The notes: generated from the sequence alone by a model not told the origin. A DNA stretch of 62,166 nt, filler included, from Asterionella formosa (GCA_002256025.1; 3 parts of 3 records of this genome joined end to end with filler, not necessarily neighbours in it), one strand, 5' to 3'. Shown: positions 46,928-60,176, counted from the first letter of the whole stretch. Made by a program: numbers and translations.

Positions 46928-48984
46928 ACATGTAGTAGTTCATTGGCATGTAAGAAGATGGAAGTAGTGATCCCAACTACTGTGATAAACTCACTGCCTG
47001 ATTAGGGACAGGGTCACACTAAACCTCGTGGGGAGTAATCCCCCTTTGTGTGATAGGCCATGACTACCTCCAGGTTTAAATCTCCTATTGGGTACATTGC
47101 CATTATGGAGGGATTGCATCCATACTTACATTTTGATGTGGGTAGTAGGAGCTGTACAGCGAAAGCAATGCTGCAGGAGCATAGTAATAAACCTGCATGG
47201 ATGCTCCATCCACCAGCTGGGAGTAGCGCACCTGCAGGGTACATAGTTCTAAATTTTTGCAAACCTGTGGTCCATGCCACTTTCTTAGCCATGGTGGACA
47301 ATGCCGAAGGCATATCTCCCGAGCTAAACAAGATGGTCCTTGATCTTCTCATACTAGCAGTTGATCTTAGGCATGCAGATGACCCGAATGAAGGCAGGCA
47401 TACCGATGCTGTGGTTGCGCAACATTCTTAATGTCCACCAGATCCAAAGCCCAGAATTTATCAACTCAGTCCAACCTGCCCTTGAATGGCTTACTGTCCT
47501 TGCTAAGTGGCAGCTATTGGAAACTGAGGAGGTCCCAGAGGATTATAATGAGATGGAACATGAAGGCTCAAGTGACAGCACGCTACAGTCATGTAGCTCA
47601 CAACTGGTCCACTCCAAAAGCCTTTACGCAATGGGGACCTGGGAAAAAATCAGTCCAATGTGCCTTCACCACACCTGTCCAGCAGCTCAAGCACTTTTCC
47701 GGTGACCACAGAGATTATATCGGTGGATACATACCGTACATGTCAGTAATAATATATAATACCAGTATACTGGTACCAGGTACAAAGTGTAAATACAAAC
47801 AACAGTAGTGCATATATATAATTCATAACAGATCACAGCATTTGTTGTCGTTTGCCGCCCTTTGTCAATCACCATGGTACCAGCTGCTCTGCCAGTATAG
47901 AAAGCCCTTGATCCCTCCTCATGGCAGAAGGAGATGCAACGAAGCAACTGTAGCTGTTGCTACTCTTGACAAGATTTCTGGAGGCATGATAATGACAATC
48001 AAAACCTCCAAGCGAAGATTTTTACACTCTTTGATGGCGACCCAGCTGTAAGGAAGCATTGGATATTTGGAGTCTCTATTGAGGGGAAGGGGTCAGCTCA
48101 AAGACCTTTGGAGTCAAGAGGAGCTGAACAACAGCCTGCAAGGAAATGCTGATGGATTTTCTTCTTTTGATCTGGTACTGAAAAACTGTTAGCTACTCTT
48201 GTGATTATCAGAATAGATATGTTGTTGGCTCCCAATTCACGACAAGACCTCTTGCAGGCACTGGAATGAAAAATATGTCGAATTTAATTACTGGTCGAAC
48301 TCTTTTGAAGATGGCTCAGCTTGCCCTCATGAATTGGAAGAAGGCCTTAGCATTTGGTTCACAATTTTTACTCCCTGATGGAAGTTTGCCTTCTGGGAAC
48401 AATGCGGACGTGGACTATGACAACCATGTTCTAAACCAGATTCAACAGCAGGTCTTGAAATGTATAGCTTGGAGATGATACCAGTTTGACTTCTGTAGAG
48501 TTATCAATTGAATTTGCCCCAATTCGTCAATGTATTGGCAGATCCTGTTGGAGCCTCTCACTCTGACTCTTGGGGGTAGATGTACATTGGTCAGAATTTC
48601 CATTTCCAGAGCAGGCGGCAGGAGAAATGTTCTTCCAAAATCGGCAAAAAAATGAAGATATTGCATGTATCTTTCTGGAACCACTTCACCATTACCATCT
48701 AGACATGCAATTATGCAATGAGGTTGATTGTTGAATGAGTCCATGGGTTCAATGGCATCAACAGGAGGCAGCGTTAGATGACATGTTGATTTTGGCAAAA
48801 TCAGCAATGATTTGTTGTTGTTGCTGTTGCTGTTGTTGTGACTATACATACTGGTACATGCATACACATCTCGGTCGTCATTCAGTATATTTGTACCAAA
48901 CCAGTACACTGCTGGTTGTCACCAGTATATGTACATAGAACACATATATACTTGTTATTTATCCAACTATACATGTGTACTACC

Positions 48985-49965
48985 GATGACTCTACACCAA
49001 CAATAACTGGGTTTATACTTCCTACATTCTAAGTAGTCAACATGGAATCCTACATTTAGGTGACTTTGGAAAAAAGTTACCTAAATATAATGCATTTAGG
49101 TAACTTATTGGAATATGAGCACGGAATCCTCCCCTGAAGCAGCCAAACCCGTTTGCATTGTGGTTTTTCACTCCCATTAGCACGGTTTTTTACGGTTACC
49201 AAAACCAAAACATAGTTTGGCTTTGGTTTTGGTTTTTTCAGGGTTAGCAACAGCCTAAGGCCATTGCTAACCGTTGACCCAAACCAAAACCCAAAAACTT
49301 ATTTTTGGATTGGTTTTGGTTTTGGTCAAACTGACGCAAAAACAATGCTATCGGTTTTTGGGAAATCCTAAATGTCGTCAACCAAACATCTACTGTGACG
49401 TAGGATGACATGACCATTATAAAAAAAATTTCTATTAGACTACTTTTATAAATGGAATATTATGATTCCTATTTGGGAACAATTAGTTAGTTTTTCCCGC
49501 AATTTGAGCAAAAGTGTCGTAAATATATACTCCGAGTACATATTACGTCACAACAAGAACATAACAACATCTGGTACCCTGGTACCTGGTACCTGGTACC
49601 CATGGTACTCCCTACCGGTAGTACCTGGTACCAGAGTACCGTATAGCTATTTTTTTATGTTGTATATACCGGTATATATGATATATATGTTGCGTCCTAT
49701 ATGTTGTGATTCTACGACGATAACAATTGGGTTTCTAGTGACTACATTCAAAGTAGTCAATTTGGAATCCTACGTTTAGGTAACTTTGGAGTAAATAACC
49801 TAAATGTAAAATGCGTTTGGGTAACTTATTGGGATATGGGCACGGAATCCCTTACACGTAATGCGTTTGCGTTGGGTTTTTCACTCCCGATAGCATCGTT
49901 TTTAGGGGTGCCGAAACCAAAACACTGTTTGGTTGGCGTTTTGGTCCACCGTTAGCAACGGCCTA
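48985..49965. repeat. Two diverged ~270-bp direct repeats (about 48985-49260 and 49700-49965) with internal palindromes; probable DNA-transposon ends
   Basis: Shared CTACATTC..AAGTAGTCAA..TGGAATCCTAC.TTTAGGT.ACTTTGGA...GCACGGAATCC...ACCAAAAC...GTTAGCAAC. CCAAAACC/GGTTTTGG inverted arrays occur at 49198-49326. Confidence 0.75.
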
Positions 49966-50128
49966 CTACGAGCATAGGAAGTTCCGTGGCAACCTAGATA
50001 CTGGTACGTGAGGGACCACAAAGCGTACATATGACATCGGGACGGATCGTCATTGATCATTACTGCTCAGTACTCCAGGTACGGGTAGGTACCCTGGACC
50101 CTGGTGCTAGCACCTGGTACCTGGTATT

Positions 50129-50964
50129 GGTACCGGTAAAAGACTGCATTGACCCACTGTTTTATCCCATTCGTTTGACTAGTTCGACTAACACTTAGCT
50201 CCTCTCTCTGAAATCTGTACGGAAGTATTGATGGCTTAAGGCGTCGGTACATAAGCATCCTTTTCCTACCGGTAGTTGAATTGAACATATGGTTCAGAAG
50301 ATATTTATATACATCCAGACGTAAAATTCAGTCTCAGTGGGCCAATGCAGTAAATGAAATTTTTAACATACCTGCAAGTAATTTTATATTCGCTGGTGAA
50401 CACGGATTGTCCTGTTTGGTTCAAACCGAAAACACATAAAATGCATGCTGCTCCATACATGATACCGGTACATTGTACAGGTACCGGTACTGGTACTCGT
50501 ACCAGGTACAATGGATGTACAGTATCAGTTTTGTCCACAGCCATGGATACATATTTATAGGTACCAGGTACCAGGTACTCCGTACCACTTACAATGGTAT
50601 GCCTACATAGATACTGGTATCACACGGCTGCACCGGGTTTCATCAATTTTTATTTACTGAATTATTATGGACAAGGTTATGGATAAGACGTAAAATGCGA
50701 GAAATTTATAGTCGTCGTTGTACACAATAAAAGATGAGAACTCCAAACTTGGGATAATCCGTGCTTTTCACTTTTTTCGATCGCCACTTTTGACCTAAAT
50801 TAACGAAAGATCGACTTCCAATCGTTTGAGAACTAACAGTATGACTCCATCCGTATATGCACAAGATACATTCTCGAGCTTAAGAAATAGAAAATGAATG
50901 ATTTTTCATAACAAAACATGTTTTTTATACCGTCAGTGGGTCAATGCAGTTTTTTACTTGTACC
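50129..50964. repeat. Inverted repeat pair about 800 bp apart (MITE-like, or ends of two elements)
   Basis: ACTGCATTGACCCACTG (50143-50159) is the exact reverse complement of CAGTGGGTCAATGCAGT (50934-50950), extendable to about 30 bp. A third near-copy starts at 50335. Confidence 0.7.
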
Positions 50965-52255
50965 CTCTGTCCAATAACAGTTGCATCGATAATTCAAATT
51001 TATCCGGGGCCATTTTGACTCGTACGATTTTCTCCGGCTCAATAGCCCTATGGTGCAGCTTGCTCTAAGCTAGTGCAGATCCATGTATATAAAATAAATA
51101 GAAAGATTAAAATTGCCAACTACATTGTTTGAAAAAAACGTTTTTCGGCTTTTTCGACTTCCACTTTTGCTCATCTCAAGCGAACCTGCTGCCTGATGCC
51201 CCTTTTTTCTTGCCACCACCTCTTGTCAACAAGCACATGAGAAAGGATCTATCACCAGAAGAGCATCAACTCATGTTGGATTATGGTTTACAAAACATCC
51301 AAAAAGGACCTGATGGAGGGGACAAAATAGATGGTCAGCTCATTTTAGTGCATGGAACCATTAAATTTTTGGCGGTCTGGTTCAAAGTTGATAAAACAAC
51401 TATACAACGTATTTGGAACCATGCGCTCGAATCCCATTATAATGATGATACTCATGTGTTTGCATCGCTTTCCCGCAACTTATTGACTGGGTATACTCGC
51501 AAATACCCACGTGAAGAAATAATTGCAGCGATTAGAGGTATTCCATATCGCAAGCGTACTACGTAATGTAAATTAGCAGCTGCTCTTGCCCTTCCCAAGT
51601 CAACAGTGTTTTGGATTGCAAAGGATAACAGAGAGCATGTAATCCGACCGCACACAAGTGCAGTCAAGTCGATGCTTTTGGAGGAGGGTAGTAAGTTAAG
51701 TCGTTTTATGTATTGTGTTAATCATTTACAATTGAACCATCCAGATCAAGAACATCCTTCACGTGACGTTGATTTTGATCTGGGACTGTTTGGGTATTTT
51801 GATGGCATCTACAACCAGGTCCATATAGATGAAAAGTGGTTCTTTGTTTCAGAAGAATAGTTGAAAATATATCTGGCTCACGAAAACATACTGAAGAGCA
51901 TATCGAAAAGGTCATGTTCCTTTCTGCTGTGACACGTCCGCGTTTTGACGACAAAGAAGTATGGACGTTTGATGGTAGTAACATTGGAATTTGGCCATTC
52001 GTGCACCAAGTAGCAGCGCAAAGAAGTTCAATTTATCGACCGGCAGGGACAATGGAAACAAAGTCACTCCCAGTGACAAAACAGTCATATGCTGACATGA
52101 TTGTTGATAATGTTTTACCTATGATCAAAGCGAAGTGGCCTGATGGAAACAAATCTACAGCATGACAATGCTTCAACACATTTCGGTTCCGATTTTTCTC
52201 CCTTTGTAGCAGCTGCAACAGATGAAGAATGGGATATTCGATTGCTGACTAAGCA
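50961..52255 (+). pseudogene. DD39D-type (plant/oomycete-like) mariner transposase pseudogene
   Basis: VHIDEKWFF, EKVMFLSAVTRPRFD, GIWPFV...AQRSS..RPAGTMETK, VLP.IKAKWP and HDNAST remnants with stops and frameshifts. TA-CCCTCTGTCC at 50961 resembles a Stowaway/mariner TIR. Confidence 0.88.
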
Positions 52256-52660
52256 ACCAACGAGTTGGATAACTATAGTTGGATTTTATTTTAACTAGTA
52301 CCTAGCAGAAGGATTATGAATTTACTCCTTAACAGATTCTTCAACAATTTTTGACCCAAACGTAAAGAAAAGTAAAAAGAGCAACTCCATAACCTCCCAT
52401 ATTCATTCTTGGTCACCTCGATACAAGCGTCCTCAAGTTCTTGAAGGATCTCGTCCAACACAACACAGAAAGAGAAGAAAACCAGAGAGCCAAGCAAGCA
52501 ACCTTTACTGTTGATCTGCAACAGTGATGATGGCGTCTGCAAATAGAAAACATCTAATTCGCGTGATGCATCTTACAATGGCGATCATATGATCATATAC
52601 ATTCGATTTATTATCTAATATGAATAATATTTATCGTCATGGAGAACATACTAAGATATT

Positions 52661-52975
52661 TTCATGTTAAATGTAAGATCAAAAAGCGAAAGATTGTTAT
52701 CTGTGATCTTATTTATTGGCAATCGTTTCTAACCAAAGTATGATCAGTAATTTTTTAGTAGTAAGATAAATTCATGTTAAAAGTAAGATCATTAAAGCTA
52801 AAAAGTGTTATCTGCGATCTTATTTATTGGCTATCGTTTCTAACCAAAGTATGATATGTAATTTTTTAGTAGTAAGATAAATTCATGTTAAAAGTAAGAT
52901 AAAAAAGCTAAAATTTGTTATCTGTGATCTTATTTATTGGCAATCATTTCTAACCAGGAGGTATGATCTGTAATT
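52661..52975. repeat. AT-rich tandem repeat, ~110-bp unit x ~3
   Basis: TTCATGTTAAA.GTAAGAT...GATCTTATTTATTGGC.ATC.TTTCTAACCA recurs near 52661, 52771 and 52882. Confidence 0.92.
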
Positions 52976-54004
52976 CATAAAGATTGATTCGAGCGATTCA
53001 TCTACTGGTAACTATTTTATGATTTGTACCATATGAAAAATTTCGTATGACTCCCGCTTAGCTATTGAGGGGCTTAATTAAATGACTTACTTGTAGGTAC
53101 AAGAATTGATGCAGAAAAATTCAAAATCAGTACATCAGGTCATGGAAAACAATGATATCCTTATACACTGTATATATTTGAATTATGTATAAGCTTAATT
53201 GATGATAGTATACACATTATGTGCATATATTTATATGTTTTCAAATTTTTATAAATGTATACATAGCCTATACATACATTTGAAAACATGTTTAGAGGTT
53301 CCTTGTTATGCATAGTACCGGTAGCACATGATCCTGAAAGGAAAGATCATCTCTGCACTGTGACAAGGAAAACTGAAAGAACGACGCTTCAACGCACCCA
53401 ATGATAATAAACCTTGTGACTTAGAAGGATTGAAAATGGAAAAGTGAACTGAATCTAGCAATGGTATCATGTCAAGAGTACATGCCAAGGTGATCAATTG
53501 TTGGGTTCACAAAGACTAGCAAAATGATTGCCTCCTTCCCTAGCAATTCAAAAGCACATTTCGCATTCTGCGGGATACCACCAATGTCTACCAAAACCTT
53601 GTAAATGCTCTTGTTGGATCAATGAGCAACAGTTAGAACATCACTGACACATGTTTGGTTTTCAATCTTTCAGGATAATTTTAATCAAAGAGTTTTGTTG
53701 TAAGTTATAAATGACATTGGTGGAACGGTTTATTGATTTGTACTTATGTGATCATTGACTGACACATTATTTTACTGAATTATGCGAAAAGTTCATCGAT
53801 TTCTGGTAAGTGGAGCATGCTAAGCAAATGGGACTGCAGTGTTGAGACATAAACAAAACATGGCTAACGAGCAAGCAATTCCTCCTTCTCATTGTTTTTA
53901 TAATTAGGAAATCAAAATGGATAAAATAGAATCGGATCAAAAGGAAATGGGATTTGCAGCAAGTACTAGTCAGATGGCTGAGTTTCAGAATCAGAGTGGA
54001 AGAG

Positions 54005-54177
54005 AGGCGGGAGGTAGTATGCATCAAGAGATTTGAAGGCAGGAGGCAATGCATCCTCAAGAGCATTGAAAGGAAGCAGGAGGCATGTATCAAGAGCATT
54101 GAAGGGAGGCGGGGGAGGCATGCATCATCACGAGCATTGAAGCAGGGAGGCGGGAGGCATGAATCAAGAGCATTGAG
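54005..54177. repeat. Minisatellite, ~30-35-bp unit x ~5
   Basis: Recurring GCATCAAGAGCATTGAAGG...GGAGGCAT variants. Confidence 0.8.
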
Positions 54178-55257
54178 ACAATAGAAAAGGGGAACATTGG
54201 CTGTTTAAGCAACTGCACAAAATGTAGAAACATAAAAATGATTTCTGTGATACAACAGTAAAATTACAATCCATTTCAACCTATTTTTAAGAGCTATTTC
54301 GATTAGAGTTACCATCATATAAGGCAGGATAGGTATATGATAAAAGAATTTACATCATAGGATAATGTTTTGATAATTATATGGTGGTTTGATGATTACG
54401 AGTAAGCTTAGCCTGTTCATCACGTTCACAGTATGCATTTATCATACATATAACGAAATATGTATCATGCACAGAAAAATTCTGTGGCAGTTATCGTATG
54501 ATACCCCTGATCTTATAAGTACGATATTTTTTATTTGCAGACAGGAGGGTGCAACTGCGACCATTGTTTTTGGCCATCAAGCCAAGGATCTGACCATCAG
54601 GAATGGGCTCATTGGCAATGTGCTCATTGGCAATGTCAACATCCATTTTGACAAAAATGATGATGCAAAATCAACGCATTAGCATTGCTTGATATCTGTA
54701 TACATGTACGAAACAATGTATAAAGAATATACATCTTAAATTGGTTTCGAGTAAGGAACTTGTTTAGGTGCTAAATATTTAATAACAAAAACAGAGTATA
54801 AGTTCACATCTATGTAACTCATAAAAGACGCATTTTTTCGAGTAAGCCGACCCTCACGTTGGAAAGATGGTATGTTGGCTACATAATACTTCATATGCGA
54901 ACAGTAAAGACACTGGTGGTGCCGGCGAATCGATGCAACTGTTATTGGACAGAGGGAGTACTGGTATACCGGCATCCGGCATCATACCGGTATCAGTACC
55001 AGCCAGCATACCGGTACAGTACAATATAATCAGCCATCATCCTGCGTACGTAGTACGGTACCTGGTACCTGGTACCAGGGGGGGGGGTGGTATCGACACA
55101 GGCATTTATGGTACTGGTACCGGTACGTAGGCTTACCGGTACCTGGTACTAGGGTTCCGGTACCGTTACAGTATTAGTAAGTATTAAATGAAAAGTGTAT
55201 TGTTTTCATTTTCTAATTCCATTGTTCACATAAAAAATTCTATCCAAACATCCAACC

Positions 55258-56670
55258 ATGCCACCACCACGTTGCAACAACAACAACAACAACAAGTCCC
55301 TTCCACGGCGCAACAACAACAACAATAACAATGCCAACAATGGCAGCAACAACAGCATTCTTTTCATGTTGATAGTGTATGCCTTTATTACTACAACATG
55401 TTTTTTAGGAATGACCATGATTGGATTCCTCATTATGAAACAGTCAACAATGACAATCCTTCCGAATAGTAGGAGTGGTAATGGTAGTAGTAGTAGTACT
55501 GCTACTGCTACTACTAGTACTAGTACAAGAACCATTGAAACAACACGTGCAAGTGCAAGTGCAAGGGCAAGGGCAAGTGTAAGAGCAAGTACTACCAATG
55601 CAACAACAGCAGCAGCAGCAGCAACGACAACATCGGTACTATTTCCCGAATTGAATGAGTTCAAGGGATATTCCAGAGCGTATCCAGTATATAAATATCC
55701 ATTTCCATGTTTCCCTGCCGATCGTCTTTTCAATGATTCAAGGAAATTGGCACATTTAATGATTGCCGCACCTGCTACCAAGGGATTACTATTCCATCGA
55801 CCTGTCAAGACTGGTTCCACGACAGTGGCTGGGACTATCATGAGAATTGCTCATACCAAACGACATTTGGCAAAGAATAAGAATGCAACGAATACGCCCT
55901 GTTGCTTGCATCGAGCCAATCATGGGACAGCCTACTCCACGTTCAAGTATCATTTACGAGACAAGACGAAATCTTTTTTATTTTCCATTTTACGGGATCC
56001 TACCAAAATGATTATTTCCAAATTTTTTCATTTTTCAATTTCGGTGGGACAACGTGTCCCTACAGATGCTTTCTTTCAAAAAGATGCCCTATCATATTCC
56101 AATGGAAATCAATACATTCGGGATTTGGCATTGGAAAATGTACCAAACCCAAACACGGCAATATATGGACCCATTGTCAAACGTATTATTGACGGATATG
56201 ACTTTATTGCCATTACAGAACGATTGGATGAATCCATGGTGGTACTCAAAATGTTGTTGGGGTTGGAATTACAAGATATACTCTATGTGCGAGAACGTAG
56301 TCAAGGGTCCTTTTCCAATGGACCTAAAGAACGGCCATGTCTATATGTATGGCCATCATTTGTTACCAAGGGGATGGAAACTTTTTTCAATACAAGTCAA
56401 GATTGGAAAAAACAAGTCAAGGGAGATTATATGCTTTATGATGCAGCACGAAAGAGTTTAGATTTGACCATTGATAGCTTGGGACGACGGAACTTTGAAC
56501 AAGAATTGAAAAGGTACAAGGCAGCCTTGGCAATGGCACAAGAAGTGTGCGCTCCTCGTGCCGTACCCATTTGTGGGCCTGATGGATCCAGGAGAATTAA
56601 TACAACTTGTTATATTTGGGGAGAAGGATGCAATCATGCATGTCTGGATGAAATTAAACTACCAGAGTAA
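55258..56670 (+). CDS. Golgi-type membrane sulfotransferase (galactose-3-O-sulfotransferase-like)
   Basis: N-terminal TM anchor and Ser/Thr/Ala stem, PAPS-loop LFHRPVKTGSTT, LRDP, YDFIAITERLDESMVVL. Confidence 0.8.
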   Translation: MPPPRCNNNNNNKSLPRRNNNNNNNANNGSNNSILFMLIVYAFITTTCFLGMTMIGFLIMKQSTMTILPNSRSGNGSSSSTATATTSTSTRTIETTRASASARARASVRASTTNATTAAAAATTTSVLFPELNEFKGYSRAYPVYKYPFPCFPADRLFNDSRKLAHLMIAAPATKGLLFHRPVKTGSTTVAGTIMRIAHTKRHLAKNKNATNTPCCLHRANHGTAYSTFKYHLRDKTKSFLFSILRDPTKMIISKFFHFSISVGQRVPTDAFFQKDALSYSNGNQYIRDLALENVPNPNTAIYGPIVKRIIDGYDFIAITERLDESMVVLKMLLGLELQDILYVRERSQGSFSNGPKERPCLYVWPSFVTKGMETFFNTSQDWKKQVKGDYMLYDAARKSLDLTIDSLGRRNFEQELKRYKAALAMAQEVCAPRAVPICGPDGSRRINTTCYIWGEGCNHACLDEIKLPE

Positions 56671-56875
56671 CACTATATTTTATATAATGAATGTAGTCAT
56701 GGTTTCATTGTGTTGTGATATTATTATCATTGATAGACTTGCTAAAAGTTAAAAAAAGAGACACGGATAGATACTTTCATTCATTTTTTTTAGTAAGTGG
56801 AACGATTTGTTTTTATTCAAAATATGTCAGAGTGACAAAACGACGACACGTAAAAAAGACTTTGGGTTCTGTGGT

Positions 56876-58954
56876 TTACATTCCAAACCATTTTGACAAC
56901 TCTGACTTTGTTGTCTCAACAATATTGTGTTCATCCTGCGAACTCTCCTCCTCCGTCGATTCGCTCGCACCATAACCATTCTCATCACCATCACTAATCT
57001 CATCACCACTTCTCTCATCACTTTTGCCATTCTCATCCCCATCATCCATCGAAGCAGGGGGATCAATCCTCAAAGGCTGTGCAACCTCCAATGGTTGGGA
57101 AACCTCCAAAGGTTGGGGAACCTCCAAAGGCTGGGGAACCTCCAAAGGCTGGGGAACCTCCAAAGGCTGGGCAGCCAAAGTCTCTTTGGTCAGCGAAGGA
57201 GAATTCTTTGCCTGTTCTATATTCTTAATGACAACTTCCACCAAATCATTGTCATCTGAGAGTACAAGTGGAATGACGTCAAGTTCACAATCAATCATTT
57301 CACGTATGGCATCTCTCTGTGTGGTGACATTGGCAACAATAGCATCTCGCTGAACCGTGGAAAGCGTCATATGCTCTTCCTGTGCCTTCATGGCCTCAAT
57401 AATGACTGAGCGTTCACCAACGGACTTGGACACTTCTTCCTCCTGACGGGTAAGAATTGACAAAATTTCTTCACGCTCCATGGCAGCCTTGGCAAACATC
57501 GTCTCCTGAGAGTTGGTACTAGACAGTATTTTGGTGTGTGCGATAGCCGCAGCTGCCATGGTTGCTTCGTGCGTGGCTGCAGCCTTGACAATCTTTTCTT
57601 GTTCAATGGACATGCTATCCAATGCCTTGGCCACACTCTGTAGTCTCTTGGACAAGTCTTCAATGGTCGCACGGAGCAATGTACGCTCGGCTTCCAAGGC
57701 ATCGATGCGTTTGGCACTTATTGTACCAACGTTGGATGATTCGTGTGCCGACTCGGCCAACCGAGCCGCCAGCAAGGAAACTTGAGATGCCAGCGTATGT
57801 TCAGTTTCAATCTTCTTCTTTAGTTGAGCCTCCAAGACGGCTGCATTGGCTGTGGCAATGGCAGTTTGCAATTCCATCTTTTCAATGGCCTCTTCAGTTT
57901 TCTTGTTGTACTTTTCTTTGATAAGCTGCAACGAAGCAATAACAGGTTCCGTCTCATCCAACTTCTGAGTCAACTCCTTGTTATTTGCTTCAATGGCAAG
58001 TAGCTTGAGCTTGATCTCTTCATTCTCCGCCTTGAGCTGTTCATTTTCTTGAACAAGCGTGCTTTCCAGTTCCACTTTCTTGCCAGTAACGTCACGAAGA
58101 CTGGAATCCAACGTGGCAATCTTAGTCGCCAAAAAGCGTTCGGTATCACTTCTTGAGGCCAATTGTGCATCCAACGAGTTGACATGATCCACCAAAACTT
58201 GAGACGTTTCCTGGGTCTTGAGAAGTTCAAATTCCAACTCTTCCACTCGTTTTACCAAAACGTCTTTCGACTCCTGTGCTTCAGCCAAGGCAGAAACCAT
58301 TTCTTCTTCATGAATCGCTTTAATTTCAATCAATTTGGCATCAAAAATGGCCCTCAACTCCGCCGTCACAGCCGCACGTTCCGTTGCGGCAGCCGCGACG
58401 GCATAGTAGGTAGGGCCACGCTCCAACGCTCTCATGAACGCATCGCGATTGGGCGATGTGGACGCTTGCGCCAGCACCAAGGGGATGCGCCCCTTACGAT
58501 CTTGAATGTCAATGGACTGGGGATAGGCCACCAACAAGAGATTGACAATGCCCTCGGTGGATCCATTCCTGAATGCCAAATGGAGTGGCAACATGCCCTG
58601 GTCGTCCTTGCACTCCACGCCCTTGGGGTAGGCCGACAATAGGGCCTCAATAACAGACTCGGGCGCCTTGAAGATAATGGCAGCATGGAGTGGCAACAGT
58701 CTCCAGCGGAGCTTGCCGTCGGATTCTTTGCGCGACACCCACGTGCGAGCTTCGTAAGGATAGGATCGGCAAAGTGACAAGGCTCCGTTCCAATCTCGCC
58801 TCTGAATGGCCAGATACAGATCGGTGGGTTCCTTGTCAAAGTCACACTCCTTCACGGCGAGCAAACTTTTGTGATCGAGTTTGATTTGCCGATTGAGGGT
58901 GGTGTCCTCGTCGGCTCTATCGTCGTATACTGAGTGATTCCCAATAGGCGGCAT
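56876..58954 (-). CDS. Ankyrin-repeat plus long coiled-coil protein with QPLEVP repeats
   Basis: WRLLPLHAA, GMLPLHLA and GRIPL ankyrin motifs, a heptad-rich middle, and a QPLEV(P/S/A) array at about 57070-57175. The start could instead be 59020. Confidence 0.85.
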   Translation of the reverse strand: MPPIGNHSVYDDRADEDTTLNRQIKLDHKSLLAVKECDFDKEPTDLYLAIQRRDWNGALSLCRSYPYEARTWVSRKESDGKLRWRLLPLHAAIIFKAPESVIEALLSAYPKGVECKDDQGMLPLHLAFRNGSTEGIVNLLLVAYPQSIDIQDRKGRIPLVLAQASTSPNRDAFMRALERGPTYYAVAAAATERAAVTAELRAIFDAKLIEIKAIHEEEMVSALAEAQESKDVLVKRVEELEFELLKTQETSQVLVDHVNSLDAQLASRSDTERFLATKIATLDSSLRDVTGKKVELESTLVQENEQLKAENEEIKLKLLAIEANNKELTQKLDETEPVIASLQLIKEKYNKKTEEAIEKMELQTAIATANAAVLEAQLKKKIETEHTLASQVSLLAARLAESAHESSNVGTISAKRIDALEAERTLLRATIEDLSKRLQSVAKALDSMSIEQEKIVKAAATHEATMAAAAIAHTKILSSTNSQETMFAKAAMEREEILSILTRQEEEVSKSVGERSVIIEAMKAQEEHMTLSTVQRDAIVANVTTQRDAIREMIDCELDVIPLVLSDDNDLVEVVIKNIEQAKNSPSLTKETLAAQPLEVPQPLEVPQPLEVPQPLEVSQPLEVAQPLRIDPPASMDDGDENGKSDERSGDEISDGDENGYGASESTEEESSQDEHNIVETTKSELSKWFGM

Positions 58955-59737
58955 GGTGGGATGGTTGCACCGAACAGTTCTGTCACCGAGCGAATCAACT
59001 GAGCAATTGTATGTGTACAAATTGGCGCTTCTATCAAGTCAGCAAAAGAGATAGTAACTAAAATAGAATGAGAGGAATTTTTTCACAAGGTGGCAAAAAT
59101 ATCTCCACAGTGCAAAACATAAGTCGATTTCATGTATAGATTATTATCTACAAATCCGTAGAACAAGTCAATTTGAGAGAAAACATATATCTACATTTTT
59201 GTATAATGTTTATAACAAATTTGGCGCAAACCATAATTAGGATCCGATCAAGGAAGTATACTTGGAAATTTTTTTGGTGTCTCCTACCGGTAAGTATCGC
59301 ATGTCCTCGCCAAATAGTCGACTCGCTGATTCTGGCGCCCAGATCCCACCTTGCTTTATCCTGCATGCGGACTCGTCGGCATCCTCCATGTACATCATGT
59401 ACGGGACGAGCTGCTGGTAAATACGCATAGGAACCAAAATGTCCACCCATGTGTCGCTGCGACCTGTTGCAGGTAATATGTATGTGGTACCGGTATTCGC
59501 TACAACGGTACCAGGTAATCCGTAATTCATACATGTATAGCTAATACACATAACGGTAAGCTCTTTGATTCATAGTACCGTCTTACCAGCACCGGTACTT
59601 CTATCGGGATGGTGACCTTGTATATATACCGGTACCGGCATTCCAAAATAATAGGAAAATGAACCAAACATCGACTCAAAACCGAACGAAGCTCCACAAA
59701 TGTGAGCCATGAGCCTCAAATATATTCAATTTGTTAC

Positions 59738-59897
59738 AGCAAACCTAATCAACTGAATGGTCCTCGATGTTGTACAATGTTCTGCCCAACTAGCTGAAGG
59801 ATAAATCATGGTAGCCAGCAAACCTAATCAACTGAATGGTCCTCGGTGTTGTACAATGTTCTTCCCAACTAGCTGAAGGACATAACATGGTAGCCAT
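59738..59897. repeat. Tandem duplication, ~80-bp unit x2
   Basis: AGCAAACCTAATCAACTGAATGGTCCTCG.TGTTGTACAATGTTCT.CCCAACTAGCTGAAGG...CATGGTAGCC occurs twice. Confidence 0.92.
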
Positions 59898-60176
59898 GAC
59901 TTAACCAGCTCCATCAGTAGTAATCAAAACGAATCCTTTTCCCCTATCAACCAAAGAAAAACTTTTTCAAAATCCAAAATAAAATGTTATCTACTTTCCT
60001 TTACAAACCATACTGTATAATTCATCCTTGCAACAGCGTTTTCTTCCTTTTAACATAAACGACAACAAATGTGTTGTGATTCTTTCGTCCCTCTGGGCAC
60101 AATACAAAATGCGCATGTGCTAGCAGTGCCTGTCGAAGGCATTGCATACTCTGCCTCGCTCCCTTACTGCTCAGTA

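Noticed and set aside
55206..55841. 211-aa hydrophobic minus-strand ORF
   Set aside because: Shadow of the low-complexity N-terminus of the sulfotransferase on the opposite strand.
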